Shown here: in pieces, positions 62,903 through 64,000 of the stretch
How the letters are laid out: each line of letters starts with the position of its first letter
Numbering within the stretch: the first letter of the stretch is position 1
NCBI GenBank assembly: GCA_039588275.1
Contig: JBDHAC010000028.1
Location: forward strand, 1,782-65,781
DNA length: 64,000 bases
Direction: 5' to 3'
Source of the DNA: Gemmatimonadota bacterium
Lineage (GTDB): Bacteria; Gemmatimonadota; Gemmatimonadetes; Palauibacterales; Palauibacteraceae
Notes under the pieces: generated by a model
What the model was told of the DNA's origin: nothing
Database searches by the model: none
Seen by the model: only the letters and a program-made list of their open reading frames with translations
Made by a program: the position numbers and the translations under genes

Positions 62903-64000
62903 ATGCATACCGCCCGGCGATTACGGCTCGAGATTCAGGGAGCGGTACAGGGCGTGGGGTTCCGTCCGCTGGTCTACCGGCTGGCAACCGAGCTGGGTCT
63001 TCGAGGTTGGGTGCTGAACGACGCACGCGGCGTCGTGATCGAGGTGGAAGGGGTAGACGGTCGCCTCGAGGAGTTCCGCCACCGCGTGGAAGCGGAGCCT
63101 CCGGTCCGCGCGGTCGTCGACCTCGTGCGAGGGACCTGGCTGGATGCGGCAGACTTCCCGGACTTCCGCATCCGGCACAGCGATCGCGGCGGATCGAAGG
63201 AGGCGGTCGTTCTCCCGGATGTCGCCATGTGTTCGCTCTGTCGAGCCGACGTCGACGACCACGCCGACCGCCGCCATCGGTATGCATTCACGAACTGCAC
63301 CGACTGCGGGCCGCGATTCACGATCATCGAGGCGCTCCCCTACGATCGGCCGAACACGACCATGCGTCGGTTCGACATGTGCGAACCATGTCGGCGTGAG
63401 TACGAGGATCCGTCCAACCGCCGGTTCCACGCGCAGCCGAACGCCTGCGCGTCCTGCGGGCCGCAGCTCGAGCTTTGGGACGGCGGCGGGAGACCGGCGG
63501 GTGCCGGTGATGAAGCTTTGCAGCTCGCGATGGCAGCCTTGCACAGGGGGCAGATCCTGGCCGTCAAAGGCCTCGGAGGCTTCCACCTCATGGTCGATGC
63601 GCGCGACCCCGCCGCGGTCACCCGGCTCCGCGAGCGCAAGGCCAGGTACGAGAAGCCGCTGGCCCTCATGGTCGGCGCCGTCGAGGACGCCGAGCGGCTG
63701 TGTGAGGTGCCCCCCGACGCGGATGCGCTGCTCTCCTCACCGGAGGCGCCCATCGTTTTGCTTCGCCGCCTGCCCGGGAGCCCGGTCGCCGACGAGGTGG
63801 CGCCGGACAACCCGTATCTGGGCGTGATGCTGCCGTACACGCCGCTGCACCACCTGCTGGTGTCGGAGCTCGGCTTCCCGGTCGTCGCGACCAGCGGCAA
63901 CCTGAGTGACGAGCCCATCTGCATCGAGAGCGACGAGGCACGGACTCGGCTGGACGGGATCGCCGACCTCTACCTGGTGCACGACCGACCCATCGCGCGT
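62903..64000 (+). CDS. hypF: [NiFe]-hydrogenase maturation carbamoyltransferase HypF, 3'-partial (runs off the window)
   Basis: Not in the ORF track because there is no stop in the window. My own translation from ATG 62903: MHTARRLRLEIQGAVQGVGFRPLVYRLATELGLRGWVLND (acylphosphatase domain); CSLC...HRYAFTNCTDCGPRFTII...MCEPCRREYEDPSNRRFHAQPNACASCGP (zinc fingers); KGLGGFHLMVDA (YrdC-like). Confidence 0.9.
   Translation, partial: MHTARRLRLEIQGAVQGVGFRPLVYRLATELGLRGWVLNDARGVVIEVEGVDGRLEEFRHRVEAEPPVRAVVDLVRGTWLDAADFPDFRIRHSDRGGSKEAVVLPDVAMCSLCRADVDDHADRRHRYAFTNCTDCGPRFTIIEALPYDRPNTTMRRFDMCEPCRREYEDPSNRRFHAQPNACASCGPQLELWDGGGRPAGAGDEALQLAMAALHRGQILAVKGLGGFHLMVDARDPAAVTRLRERKARYEKPLALMVGAVEDAERLCEVPPDADALLSSPEAPIVLLRRLPGSPVADEVAPDNPYLGVMLPYTPLHHLLVSELGFPVVATSGNLSDEPICIESDEARTRLDGIADLYLVHDRPIAR

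Overview
This is a visibly GC-rich bacterial chromosomal segment with strong third-position G/C bias and many long spurious antisense ORFs. The gene content (CarboxypepD_reg-type TonB receptor, PD40 propeller proteins, MacB-type permeases) looks Gemmatimonadota/Acidobacteriota-like, but that is only an inference. I support about 50 protein genes. They are tightly packed, and at least nine are joined by 4-nt stop/start overlaps. I recognised no rRNA, tRNA, CRISPR array, transposase, integrase or phage gene. Left to right the window holds: a histidine kinase plus sigma-54 (NtrC-type) regulator, followed by a candidate -24/-12 promoter and two tandem paralogous PD40/TolB-like proteins; a TonB-dependent receptor; a secreted EEP-family nuclease/phosphatase; and a long minus-strand string of truA, htrA, purB, purC, purF, 5'-nucleotidase, a small hypothetical, MacA-type adaptor, two MacB-type permeases and add. 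Next come trpD and lexA, then an extended plus-strand operon (amidohydrolase, trpC, trpF, tandem tryptophanase-like fusion, trpB, AhpD-like protein with in-frame TGA, trpA, chrA). After that: a small CC-terminal protein, ArsA-like ATPase and cstA; an NFACT/RqcH-like gene; panB and panC; a truncated yqeK-like gene; LytR_C; a methyltransferase; rlmN; ptsN; vanZ; aspS; phoH, pgpH-like and ybeY; mgtE; meaB and an MCM catalytic subunit; DUF2892; and a GAF kinase plus NarL-type regulator. A 3'-partial hypF, absent from the ORF track, runs off the window end. The most interesting observations are these. (1) An 899-aa protein made of two tryptophanase-family modules with complementary loss of active-site motifs sits inside the trp operon. 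(2) A probable selenoprotein (CxxU AhpD/CMD family) with a SECIS-like hairpin lies between trpB and trpA. (3) A structured, MITE-like intergenic repeat family occurs at three loci, with five terminal blocks in total. (4) A small GGxRCC-terminal protein, a P-loop ATPase and CstA form a triad. (5) purB apparently initiates at CTG with a good Shine-Dalgarno.
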